A stretch of DNA of 64,000 nucleotides from a virus (lineage: Duplodnaviria; Caudoviricetes). Under the pieces are notes generated by a model. It did no database searches. It saw only the letters and a list, made by a program, of their open reading frames with translations, and was not told where the DNA came from. The DNA lies in IMG/VR virus record IMGVR_UViG_3300005670_000019, one strand, 5' to 3'. Positions 25,203 to 34,900 of this stretch are shown one piece after another. Position numbers and translations under genes: made by a program. How positions within the stretch are numbered: the first letter of the stretch is position 1; each line of letters opens with the position of its first letter.

Positions 25203-25442
25203 TTATGCTATCTTTTCGAACAATCCCCATTTCAGGAGATCAAAGAAGTTTTCTTTGTGGTAAGTCACCACTTCATATAGCTTGAAGATTGAATCATCTG
25301 ATTGAAGAACCCGAAACTTCAAAGCGTTTGAAAGAACTTGCTCCAAAACAAGAACGTTGTTTGAATTATGCGCTACAAAAACTCTTCGAAACAAGGTTCC
25401 TTCTTCAAGATTCTCCATCATAGAGTTTAATTCTTCCATCAT
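25203..25442 (-). CDS. hypothetical protein
   Basis: 79-aa ORF. Confidence 0.5.
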   Translation of the reverse strand: MMEELNSMMENLEEGTLFRRVFVAHNSNNVLVLEQVLSNALKFRVLQSDDSIFKLYEVVTYHKENFFDLLKWGLFEKIA

Positions 25443-25500
25443 TTAAATCCAGTATGAAGTTTCGAGAAGAATAAGTGAAAAGTTTGCCGAACGGATATTT

Positions 25501-25576
25501 TGGCGTCTCCATTAGGATTTGAACCTAAAACTTCAACTTAGGAGGCTGAGGTGATATCCAGTTTCACCATGAAGAC
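25501..25576 (-). tRNA. tRNA-Arg(CCT)
   Basis: TCAGC-CTCCTAA-GTTGA; CCA. Confidence 0.92.
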
Positions 25577-25578
25577 AT

Positions 25579-25803
25579 TTATTTGGTACCCGGTGAGGAT
25601 TTCGAAACCCCGACCTTCACCTTGTAAGGGTGTTGCTCTGCCTCTGAGCTAACCGGGCATGACTTGACAATTTCTTTGATTGTTGGTAAACAACCTCCGC
25701 AAACTGTTCCTGCTTCTGTTTGTTTGCACACTTCGACAACCTTACAAGGTAAGGTTTCTTTGATTTGGGCACAGTTGATTGCTTTGCATAAACACACAAT
25801 CAT
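25579..25803 (-). CDS. Bfd-like [2Fe-2S] ferredoxin
   Basis: MIVCLC...AGTVCGGC motif; the frame reads through the whole of tRNA-Val. Confidence 0.75.
   Translation of the reverse strand: MIVCLCKAINCAQIKETLPCKVVEVCKQTEAGTVCGGCLPTIKEIVKSCPVSSEAEQHPYKVKVGVSKSSPGTK
25584..25658 (-). tRNA. tRNA-Val(TAC)
   Basis: CACC-CTTACAA-GGTG; CCA. Confidence 0.92.
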
Positions 25804-25817
25804 ATTGAACCTAAATA

Positions 25818-25891
25818 TGGCACGTCGAGCTGGACTTGAACCAACATCTAACGGGTTTGGAATCCGTTGTTTTTCCTTAAACTACCGACGT
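25818..25891 (-). tRNA. tRNA-Trp(CCA)
   Basis: ACGGA-TTCCAAA-CCCGT; G73; CCA. Confidence 0.88.
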
Positions 25892-25896
25892 ATACT

Positions 25897-26091
25897 TTAC
25901 CACCTAACAACTGCAATCTGTCTCTCTTCAAATTGAAGAGTTGAAGTTTCAATTCCACAGCTCCTTAGATAGGACTTTGCTTGTTCGACTTGCCCAGGTT
26001 CAATCAAAAGCTTGAGCCCATGTGCATTTCTTCCAATACCATGAAACCATGATTGGTTTTGACAGAAATTGACAATTGCTTGTTTGGTCAT
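25897..26091 (-). CDS. hypothetical protein
   Basis: 64-aa ORF between tRNAs. Confidence 0.5.
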   Translation of the reverse strand: MTKQAIVNFCQNQSWFHGIGRNAHGLKLLIEPGQVEQAKSYLRSCGIETSTLQFEERQIAVVRW

Positions 26092-26128
26092 TTATTTCTC
26101 TAACTAACGACTCTATATGAGTCAAAAA

Positions 26129-26202
26129 TGGCGACGCTAAACGGACTTGAACCGATATCCAACTCCTAGACAGGGAGGTGCATTACATTATGCTATAACG
26201 CC
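26129..26202 (-). tRNA. tRNA-Asp(GTC)
   Basis: CTCC-CTGTCTA-GGAG; G73; CCA. Confidence 0.9.
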
Positions 26203-26262
26203 AATCTCTTACCTTCACAGTATCACAGTGAAACGGAAGTTTCAAGCGATGCTTGAAGATTT

Positions 26263-26339
26263 TGGTGAACGAGGTGAGAGTTGAACCCACATCCCATAGC
26301 TTCTGAGGCTATGCGCTCTTCCTGTTGGCGTACTCGTCC
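26263..26339 (-). tRNA. tRNA with CAG (Leu) anticodon on a short-variable-loop body
   Basis: ATAGC-CTCAGAA-GCTAT; no variable arm; CCA. Confidence 0.75.
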
Positions 26340-26408
26340 ATCAACAATCTAACCACATTCAAAATTGCATCTAAAGATGGGTCATTTGACTTTGATCAGA
26401 TTTATAGT

Positions 26409-26484
26409 TGGCATTCCCGAACGGACTCGAACCGATACCTTCACCTTGAGAGGGTGACCACCTAACCATTAGTAAGACGGGAAC
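26409..26484 (-). tRNA. tRNA-Glu(CTC)
   Basis: TCACC-CTCTCAA-GGTGA; CCA; first tRNA after the attenuator. Confidence 0.92.
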
Positions 26485-26494
26485 AAAAAGAAAC

Positions 26495-26511
26495 GTATTC
26501 AGTTGTCAAAG
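26495..26511 (-). promoter_or_regulatory. boxA-like antitermination motif
   Basis: CTTTGACAACTGAATAC between the terminator and the first tRNA. Confidence 0.6.
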
Positions 26512-26514
26512 TAG

Positions 26515-26549
26515 AAACGAAAAACCCTCCGAGCTTTTGCTGGAGGGTT
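26515..26549 (-). terminator. intrinsic terminator of the attenuator
   Basis: AACCCTCC-AGC-AAAA-GCT-C-GGAGGG followed by TTTTTCGTTT. Confidence 0.85.
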
Positions 26550-26587
26550 GCTACACTTCTATACACACACTAATATAAGCAACCCTC
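26543..26587 (-). promoter_or_regulatory. antiterminator hairpin, mutually exclusive with the terminator
   Basis: GAGGGTTGCT pairs perfectly with AGCAACCCTC, which includes the terminator 5' arm. Confidence 0.8.
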
Positions 26588-26675
26588 AAATGTCATCAAT
26601 AAACGCAGGCAAGTATCCCTCGACGAGGCTTACTTCGCGTTTTGTTGACCAATCATTTTGATGTATGTTACTCAT
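26586..26675 (-). CDS. leader peptide MSNIHQNDWSTKREVSLVEGYLPAFIDDI
   Basis: 29 codons, 19 amino acids, 27 distinct codons; stop codon overlaps the antiterminator arm. Confidence 0.75.
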   Translation of the reverse strand: MSNIHQNDWSTKREVSLVEGYLPAFIDDI

Positions 26676-26693
26676 ACTAATTCTTGTACTTAC

Positions 26694-26701
26694 TAAATAG
26701 T
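26694..26701 (-). promoter_or_regulatory. putative phage late promoter motif ACTATTTA
   Basis: Same motif just upstream of minus-strand genes at 30633-30640 and 42850-42857, with a variant at 52163-52170. Confidence 0.5.
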
Positions 26702-26760
26702 AAGTTGTATAGTTTTTCCCACCAGCGGGAGTCGTTTTTTCTATCTACAACCACTATACC

Positions 26761-28098
26761 CTATTGGCTCCAGAATTTCAAGGGTTGTAGCTGTGGTTGT
26801 AGTTGGGTCATGTGAGCTTCCTCACTTGCAGTCACAGGTCCCAATTTTGAAACGAAATTCTTTATCCAGCGTTGATAGATTGATGACTTATCATCATTCT
26901 TCTTCAATTCTTGACGTCTTGCTTGAACAATTGAAACAAAATTCTCAATTGAATAACGCAGTATTGTTGGGTCTGATGAAATCATGCAAAGACCTGCTAA
27001 TGCTTGGTCGTCGTCTCCCGTAGCGATTGCATAATCAATCAAAAAATAAAGAAGAATGTGTTCAAGTCTAGAGTTTAATTGAGAACCATCATAGGAGTTT
27101 TTTGAATGTTCAAACTCTTTCTTAATTTTATCTGTTGTCATATTCTTGACAACAAATTCATAAATTTGATTTTTATCCTTTTCCGGCAAGGTCATGTGGC
27201 GGTCGACATGCTTGGAAAACCTTTTCGCAAATGCTTGCGGATGATTTCCGGAAATTCTCGTAAAGACCATTTCCCTTTTTTCAATGACTTCGGAGAAATC
27301 CTTATGATAAAGGATTTTATCCTTGGTGAAACCAATCATTGAAGATTTCAAATCAAACATTGATAAAATTTCTTCAAACGAAGCTTCGTTATGTACCCCG
27401 GTGATAAACTGCAAAATAACAGGCTTTTGTTTGAATGTGTTGGTCATTATCTGAATTGTAATTGCGGTGCTTGTAACCCTTACAACTTCAAGACCAAACC
27501 TTATTGTTCCGTCATGACTCCCCAAGCTCGGTGGAATGTCCTTTCCACTTACACTAACAGGAAAGATTGGAGCATTCCAATACTTGATTTCCAATTGATT
27601 TAATTGATGAATCAAACTGTACAAGGTTTTCATTCCCTTGATAATCTCTTCATCTTCATAAAAGAAGAGATCATAATCAGTATCTTCTATAGAAGTTTTG
27701 CTTGAAATCCTGCTCAAACTTCCACCTGCCCACATGGCATTTGAGTTTTGCAAAACTTGCATCAAAATAGGGAAAATATTCAAACTGTTTGGAATACGTT
27801 CTTTTCCAAAGAGAAGAATTTTCAATTGTTCATGACTCATCAACCTAAAGTTGAATGGATTTGGATTTTCAAATCCATACATTGGGTGAACAAAAAATTT
27901 CGTTGAAATGAAATGTCGTAGTCGCGAAATGGCAACATCCTCTGTTTCAGAGGAATGATCCAGAGATAAAATCTCGTTTTCATTTACAGGATTGATTTCA
28001 ATGAAATCCTTTTCCAGGGAAAGTTGGTTTTTAGCCTCTTCTAGAAGTTTGAAGTTTTTCTTTGCTTCTAGAAGATGTAGATTGTCAACGTTACTCAT
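26761..28098 (-). CDS. putative nucleotidyltransferase (Pol beta superfamily)
   Basis: AGGSLS...DYDLFF...FDL motifs resembling a CCA-adding/poly(A) polymerase head domain. Confidence 0.6.
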   Translation of the reverse strand: MSNVDNLHLLEAKKNFKLLEEAKNQLSLEKDFIEINPVNENEILSLDHSSETEDVAISRLRHFISTKFFVHPMYGFENPNPFNFRLMSHEQLKILLFGKERIPNSLNIFPILMQVLQNSNAMWAGGSLSRISSKTSIEDTDYDLFFYEDEEIIKGMKTLYSLIHQLNQLEIKYWNAPIFPVSVSGKDIPPSLGSHDGTIRFGLEVVRVTSTAITIQIMTNTFKQKPVILQFITGVHNEASFEEILSMFDLKSSMIGFTKDKILYHKDFSEVIEKREMVFTRISGNHPQAFAKRFSKHVDRHMTLPEKDKNQIYEFVVKNMTTDKIKKEFEHSKNSYDGSQLNSRLEHILLYFLIDYAIATGDDDQALAGLCMISSDPTILRYSIENFVSIVQARRQELKKNDDKSSIYQRWIKNFVSKLGPVTASEEAHMTQLQPQLQPLKFWSQ

Positions 28099-28502
28099 AG
28101 ACTAAGAACTCCAAACTCATTATCACTAATGCTGTAGTATGCTCGCTTAATTCCGTAGCTCTTCAAAACCTCTTCGCAAATTGGACAAGGGCGAGCCAAT
28201 CCAAGCTCACCAAGAGGAGAGTTAGAAGAACGAAGTCGAACAACAAAAATCTTTGAACCTCGAAGGTCAGTCTTAGAACGAACCTTCAAAATAGCATCTT
28301 GTTCTGCGTGAGTAGTTTCACAATACTCATGCTTTGCGATCTTTTGATAATGCCTTACAAAGGCATTCGTTCCAGACTTGTTATATCCGACAGAAAGCAC
28401 ACGTCCACCCTTGACAATAATAGCACAAACATGGTGCTCCAAATATTCATCAAAGGTATGTTGGTCACCAAAACTCTTGGCGAGAAGTAGGTACTTGTGC
28501 AT
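28095..28502 (-). CDS. zinc-dependent cytidine/dCMP deaminase family protein
   Basis: HAE...PCPIC motifs. Confidence 0.88.
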   Translation of the reverse strand: MHKYLLLAKSFGDQHTFDEYLEHHVCAIIVKGGRVLSVGYNKSGTNAFVRHYQKIAKHEYCETTHAEQDAILKVRSKTDLRGSKIFVVRLRSSNSPLGELGLARPCPICEEVLKSYGIKRAYYSISDNEFGVLSL

Positions 28503-28555
28503 GATAGATCAATTATGCACCGAATTTTGGAATATTTCAAGGATAATTTCAAAAG

Positions 28556-30217
28556 TCAGTCATCTAACCATCCCCATGGATTTTGCCAATGAGGTGTTCG
28601 GGTAGAATTCATAACTCTACTATCTGTTGAAGACCCACCAAAATGCCCAGCATTTGAAGGATTTGTTGAATGCGCAGCTCCCCATCCTGATGTTGACTTT
28701 TGGGTTTCAAAAGTTTTGACTGTTGTTTGGTTTACGGACATGGCAGCAATCATAGCTCTAGCAAGTTCTGCGCTGCTATCAAAGTTTTGGTCACCTTGTG
28801 GGTCGAAAAACAAGAGAGTAATTGCAAGGGACATGACAAGGTCGTCGTTGTAACCTTTCATAGCTTGCGCCTTATTGTTATGCCAAATGAATGTTTTCAA
28901 CTCTTCAACAAAGCGTCCGGAATATATCTTTAGCGTTTTCGTTCTGAGTGCTTGTTCAAGTTTTACAAGTCCTTCATTTCTGGATTTTACACTCATCATC
29001 AAACCTGGGGTGTATGGTTCGACATCAATATCACTAAGCCATTTGGTTCCCATCAAAACTTCTTTTGAGAACTTCTCATAAAATACTTTTGGGTACTTCA
29101 ATCTTTTCAGTTCAAGATTTGTTGCGATTCCACCACCTTGTTGTTCAGCAATGATGACAGCGTTATTGTATTTTCCACCAATGTCAGCAAGAAGTCTTCC
29201 GAAATCATCAGCAGGAAGTTGTCCCTTGAATTCACAAACAACTTCACTTTCATCCATATCAATAACATAAAAAGAAGAGAAGTCCTCACCATCACCACGA
29301 GCGACGTCTGCTCCAATGATGTATTTGTGATTTGGAACTTGATATCTCCAGATCCACACGTTTTGATTTGGACCATATGTTGCGAGTGGTGGTCGAATAC
29401 TTTTCTCTAACCAAGAAACTTGTTCTTCATCAACAAATCCATTTCCAGAACCCTCAAACTTACAAAGAAGCTCTGAGTTGATACCTCTTTGAGAACCGAT
29501 AGCTCTTGATTGTTCTTCGAACCATTTCTCATTATGTTCTGGATGAACAAACCAAGGAAGTTCAATGGGATAGAAATCATTCGTCTTGTCTTGAGCTCCG
29601 ACCCAAATCTTATGGAAACGCGTTCCTACACCAGAAGGTGATGAAATCAAAATAACATCTCCTCCGGTAGATAACGTTGGTTGAAGACCGATCCAAAGGT
29701 CTTCAAAATCTGCAATCCAGCCCGCCTCATCAATAATCAAAAGAGATACGGCTTCGCCTCGACCTGCATCAGGAGAAGTTGGAATAGCGTGAATCTTTGA
29801 ACCATTGTCGAACTCAAGTGATTTGTTTGTTTCACTCGTGATGTTTGGAACAACCAACCATGATGGAAGAGACTTGAACATTCCCTTTACTTTTCTAACG
29901 AAAAGCTGTGCTGTTGAAAGTTTGGTAGCGATAACAAGAACGTTCTTTTCTCGTTGAAAAATAGCCATCCAAAGTGAGTAAGCAGCAGCAAGAGTAGAAA
30001 GTCCAAGCTGACGACTTTTGTTTGTGATAACGTGATTGTTGTTCAAGAAAGCTTGCAAACAATCGATCTGATATGGAAACAATTCAAAAGGAATTGAGCC
30101 TTTTGTTGGGTGAGAAATTTTTACGTATTTCTCAATGAAATATACAGGATCAGAACCACATCGAATGATTTCATTCAAATGTTCTTTTCTTGTTTGATTG
30201 ATTTTCGGTCGCTTCAC
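28556..30217 (-). CDS. terminase large subunit
   Basis: KSRQLGLS Walker A, IIDEA Walker B, GADVARG RNase H-like motif, NDDLVMS. Confidence 0.95.
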   Translation of the reverse strand: MKRPKINQTRKEHLNEIIRCGSDPVYFIEKYVKISHPTKGSIPFELFPYQIDCLQAFLNNNHVITNKSRQLGLSTLAAAYSLWMAIFQREKNVLVIATKLSTAQLFVRKVKGMFKSLPSWLVVPNITSETNKSLEFDNGSKIHAIPTSPDAGRGEAVSLLIIDEAGWIADFEDLWIGLQPTLSTGGDVILISSPSGVGTRFHKIWVGAQDKTNDFYPIELPWFVHPEHNEKWFEEQSRAIGSQRGINSELLCKFEGSGNGFVDEEQVSWLEKSIRPPLATYGPNQNVWIWRYQVPNHKYIIGADVARGDGEDFSSFYVIDMDESEVVCEFKGQLPADDFGRLLADIGGKYNNAVIIAEQQGGGIATNLELKRLKYPKVFYEKFSKEVLMGTKWLSDIDVEPYTPGLMMSVKSRNEGLVKLEQALRTKTLKIYSGRFVEELKTFIWHNNKAQAMKGYNDDLVMSLAITLLFFDPQGDQNFDSSAELARAMIAAMSVNQTTVKTFETQKSTSGWGAAHSTNPSNAGHFGGSSTDSRVMNSTRTPHWQNPWGWLDD

Positions 30218-30612
30218 TTTACCTCTACCATAAAGTTTACACGGAAGTAAGCTCTTCGGGCAGCTACATATTGAGCAGTTGAAAGGACTTCGTAACTATC
30301 ATCGAGAGAACTTTCAATAAGTTCTAATGATATCTTACCACCATCAGAAAGCTCTTTGTATCTTTCTTCTAGTTCTTTCAAATATGCTTTTATCACATTT
30401 GTAGCGTTTTCAAGATTGTACTTCTTCATATAAGAAGCCATGTGACTTGAACTAAAAGTTATAATGGTTATGTAAGTGCCTGAGATCAAGGTTTCATCAA
30501 CCTGTTTCCAGATGACACTGTCTGTGGTTGCATTTCCTCTTACATTGGAAGAACCCCAAGAACGATCCATGGCTCTTGCTAACAAGTTGTATTTCTTTAA
30601 GTCTTTGATCAT
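30214..30612 (-). CDS. hypothetical protein
   Basis: Coupled to terminase; preceded by the late-promoter-like motif. Confidence 0.65.
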   Translation of the reverse strand: MIKDLKKYNLLARAMDRSWGSSNVRGNATTDSVIWKQVDETLISGTYITIITFSSSHMASYMKKYNLENATNVIKAYLKELEERYKELSDGGKISLELIESSLDDSYEVLSTAQYVAARRAYFRVNFMVEVK

Positions 30613-30640
30613 TATTCAAACCTAGCAGTTGATAAATAGT

Positions 30641-30973
30641 TCACTTCAATATAATTGTTCGTTTTGAACGGAAACGCCTAGTTTTGAGATAATCATTCCA
30701 CTTAGGTGAAGCCTGAATTTTGAAAACTACAGTCTGTGGAAGTTGGGAGTGATCTTGTTCTAATTGGTTATGTTCCACTAAACGGTCTTGAAGTATTTGT
30801 GATCTATACTCTAGATCACAGAAGTAACAACATCCTAACTCTTTGAAAGATAAACTATCATCTTGTGTCTGCATAGGGAACTTGCAAAGAGGACAAAACA
30901 ATGGAACCGTGGATGCGTTGCTAGGCATTATCAGAAACACTGTACCATTTTCCATTTCCTTGAAACTATTCAT
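30641..30973 (-). CDS. zinc-finger hypothetical protein
   Basis: CPLC...CCYFC; AGGAG RBS. Confidence 0.65.
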   Translation of the reverse strand: MNSFKEMENGTVFLIMPSNASTVPLFCPLCKFPMQTQDDSLSFKELGCCYFCDLEYRSQILQDRLVEHNQLEQDHSQLPQTVVFKIQASPKWNDYLKTRRFRSKRTIILK

Positions 30974-31058
30974 TGGACCTAACTCCTATTTATTTTTGAC
31001 AGTGCCCTCAGACGGCTTTTGGTTGAATGTTGACACCTAACGAGGTATAGTATAGCAT

Positions 31059-31595
31059 ATGAATATATTCTTTGTAGATCCAAATCCAAAAGAAGCTGCT
31101 TGTGCTTTATCTGATCAACACGTCATCAAAATGACATTGGAAACAGCACAAATTCTATCAACAGCTTGTCATGAATTAGGTTTAGACAAGTTTGTAAACG
31201 GTAAGCTTTATAAGTCAACTCACAAAAATCATCCTTCATGTGTTTGGGCACGTAAAAGCTTTTCTCATTTCTATTGGTTGTTGAACCATGGAATTGCTCT
31301 CTCGACTGAATATTCAAGGCGTTATAACAAAGTTCACGCTTCTCAACAAGTGTTCTTTGATATTTTGCACGCCTTAAAAACAATTAAATCAAGCAACAAG
31401 TTTCCTAATCAAGGTTGGGAAGACCCGCCGCTTGCAATCAATGAAGCAATTAAACCAGTTGTTCTATCTGTAAAAGATGGTAAAGTTGATGTTGTTGAAA
31501 CATATCGAAACTATTATCGTACGTGCAAAATGAAGTTTGGCACTGTTCGTATTCGTGATGCTACTTGGAAAACAGAAAAGCCTTCATGGCTTTGA
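31059..31595 (+). CDS. pyrimidine dimer DNA glycosylase / endonuclease V family protein
   Basis: MNIFFVD...HVIKMTLETAQILS...THKNHP...YRNYY. Confidence 0.85.
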   Translation: MNIFFVDPNPKEAACALSDQHVIKMTLETAQILSTACHELGLDKFVNGKLYKSTHKNHPSCVWARKSFSHFYWLLNHGIALSTEYSRRYNKVHASQQVFFDILHALKTIKSSNKFPNQGWEDPPLAINEAIKPVVLSVKDGKVDVVETYRNYYRTCKMKFGTVRIRDATWKTEKPSWL

Positions 31596-31611
31596 AACAA
31601 AATTTGAATTA

Positions 31612-31640
31612 GAAAAAGCCGGGTCAAGCCCGGCTTTTTC
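31612..31640. terminator. bidirectional intrinsic terminator
   Basis: GAAAAAGCCGGG-TCAAG-CCCGGCTTTTTC between convergent genes. Confidence 0.85.
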
Positions 31641-31950
31641 ATTTGTCTTTTTTTTGACTCAACTACGAGAACAATCAAGAGACTGCACGAAGTTTTCTAG
31701 TTTTGAATATGCAGTTGGATCCGTGTAAGTATCCCTCCACAACTCACCAACTTTTTTAGAGGTTTCTAAATCAAGAAACCCACTCAACTTCTTATAGAAG
31801 TAAGCAGCATCCTCGGGAGTTTCACCAACATATCCTAACATAGCAACTACCAAGAATTGTTTCTTGGTTCTGCTGAACTCAACGCCATACGGGATTTTGT
31901 TTAGTTTCTTATCGTTCTTTTCCATAATATCTTTCAGATCAAAGGGGTTT

Positions 31951-34900
31951 TCAGTTTTGCACTTTTGATTTATGTCCATCTCTAACAATTTCCACCAACT
32001 GATCGGTGACTTCTTTCAGTGGTGATACGTGTGTGATTATGATGACAGACTTGAAGTAAGCTTTCAAGACATCAAGGAACTCCATGCATTTTTGCAAATT
32101 GTCATCATCCAATGAACCAAATCCTTCGTCGATTATGAGAATGTCTGGTTTTGGAAGCGAGGACAAATTGAGTAATGCTACACGGAGAGCCAAAGATGTA
32201 ATCATCTTCTCTGCACCAGAAGCAAGTTCGATTTCTCTTTTGCCTGATGCGTCTTCTATAAAAACATCCATAGAGTTTGATGAAAGGTCAAGATCCAAAC
32301 TTACATTGAATTCCTGAATAGACATTAGAAGTTTTTGAAGTTCGTTGTTGATTGCTGGAAGCTGCGTCTTCAAAATCAAGGAAGGAACACCTGTTTTTGA
32401 TAGAGCGTCAGTCAAAGCTTTTTGAAGTTTCAGTTCATTGATTGTGTCGTTGATGGACTGAACTTGTTCGGAAAGCATTTGTTTCTGAGCTTGCAATCCT
32501 CCACGCTGGACAAGCATCTCTTCTTTCTTTGAGAGAAGATTTGCCATCTTGTTCTTATGTTGAAGAGATAAAGATTTCAATGAAGAAATTTTATCAACAT
32601 CAAATGTTTCAATCGTTGTTTTCTCTTTTTGAACTTCCAATTCGAGGGACTTTATCTTTTCATCCAACGATGACAAACGAAGCAAAGCGTTTTCATTCTT
32701 TTGCTCAAGATTCAATCTCTTTTGTCTGTTGCTTTCCAAAGTTTTTGTGATTTTCTCAAACTTAGAAATTTCTTTCTCAACTTCTGTTCTTGAATTTTTC
32801 TTCAAGAAAAGTTGAAGGTCACTTACTTCTTCCAACAATGAATTGAACTTGTCTCTATCAATTTGAATTGATTTGGCATCTTCATGCGAATCCTTGATAA
32901 AGCGACAGGAAGGAAACTGATCCCCACAAGGAACAGTTTCCAGTTTCTTGACGGACTTTTCTTTGTTTTCAAGTGAGGCTTGCTTTATCTTCTGTTCATT
33001 GACACGATCAAGCAAAACTTTTTCTTTCTCTTTGATAATGTCAAATTTTTCATTCAACTCACCAAAATCAAAGAGCTTTACTTGAATTTCATAAGCTGAG
33101 ATATCCGCACTTATTGCTTCATGTGCGTCAGCCAAAGAAACAAGCTCATTTTCTATTGTCAACTTTTCTTTCTTGAAATTTTCTAACTTATCAATCTTTT
33201 GTTGATGAAGTCCCAAATCTGGAAGTTCAAGAGTGTTTATTTCACTCAATTCCTTTTCAGTTTCTTCTTGAAGTTTTGCAAGAGTTTCAATCTGAGTAAT
33301 AAGGGTTGCCATCTCTTCTGTAAAAGAAGCTTCACTCTTTTCTACTTGTTCAAGTTTGGATTTGGTAATGTCTTGATTTTTGCAACGATCCATAAGAACC
33401 GTCAAATCATCTTTGGCATAACCATGCAACTTATCGAAGATATCCAAATCAAGAAACCTTGAAAGAATTTTCTTTCTTTGAGTTGGACCTTCTTCAATAA
33501 AGGTATTGATCTTGCCTTGACTTGAGAAAGCCGTAAGAAGAAAATCTTCTGCGGTTCCAATCAACCTTCTTATTTCTTTGTCTGTATCTTCTCTATTGAT
33601 GGAAGTCAAAGACAAAGGTTTTACAGTTCCATCCTCGGTCAAAACCATTTTGTAAAGCTCAAGAGAAGTGTTTGATTTTTCTCTGTCCTTATCAGTAAGG
33701 TCTTCATCCTGCTTTCTTTTTGGAACCATTCTTTCTGTTTTTCTCTCAATGACATATTCAACGCCATTGATATCAATGGTGACTTTTGCACCACCTTCGT
33801 TCTCACTTCTATTGAGTATTTTTGCATTCTTGATTGGACCTCGGTCGGAACCGTTATAAAGTCCATACATCAAACTTCCAACAATAGAACTTTTTCCTGC
33901 TCTGTTTGGACCAAAAACTCCAACCAAACCAGAAAGCTTTGTGAAATCAAGAACATTGTCTTTTCCATAACGGAAAAGATTGTCAAACTCAAGTTTCTTC
34001 AATGACCAAGAAACATCTCTTGTTGCTTCTGGTTCCGAGGCATACAACTTTGCAAGATACTTCTGTATAACCTTGATTGAACCTTCTTCAAGTTGTTCTT
34101 GCGTCAACTGATACTTGTCTTTGTTTGACAAGATGAACTCTTTGAAAAGTTCATGAATTACTTTTGGGTTGTTTCGCAAAGATGATTTCTGAATCTGCAC
34201 GTTGTTTGTCGAGATTGCAGAAAGGTCTTTTTCAACATTCAGTTGTTGAAAAGAAATTTGAAGTGGTTTGTAACTTTGTTTCAATTCATTTGAAAGAACC
34301 TGTGTTTCAAGACTCGAAATCTTGCTTTGATGACGAATTCTCATACGAGAACCCGGACCAAGATTTGGATGCTTTTTCTTTAGCGTATGAATTGTCTCTT
34401 CCACTGAACCATTCCAATCAACCGTAATATACGGTGTTGGATTTTCCACAGGGCAGAACTGAACACTCCAATCATCCTTGTCCTCAATATCCCAAACAAG
34501 AAAACCCTTTTCTTCATTCTCACCGAAGTTCTGTTGAATTAGAGAACCAGCATAAGCTGCCCATGGCAAACTCTTCTTGTTCTTATTTTCTCTCCATCCA
34601 AGAAATTGTGAAAGATGAATGTCTCCAAGAAGAAGATAATCAAATCCAGAAAACTCTGCCATGGTCTTCTCGCCATGTTGAAAGTAGAAGTTTCCATCTG
34701 TCTTACTTCCAGCAATCGAGCCATGAAACAAAGCAATGTTGGTTTTATTTGGATCGGGCTTTAGTTTTGACCAACCTTCTTTGTCAAAAGGAGAGAATGC
34801 ATAAAACTCAAAAGGAAAACCTTTGGCTTGAAACTGAACACTGTCCTTCAACAGGAAGTGGTTTTCCAAATTCATTGCTTTATGAATTGGAGAAATAACG

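Noticed and set aside
16147-25936. Many 60-150 aa ORFs on either strand across the tRNA region (for example 16533-16766, 21202-21399, 23064-23381, 23885-24181)
   Set aside because: They are translations of tRNA or structured RNA sequence, with no RBS or protein motifs.
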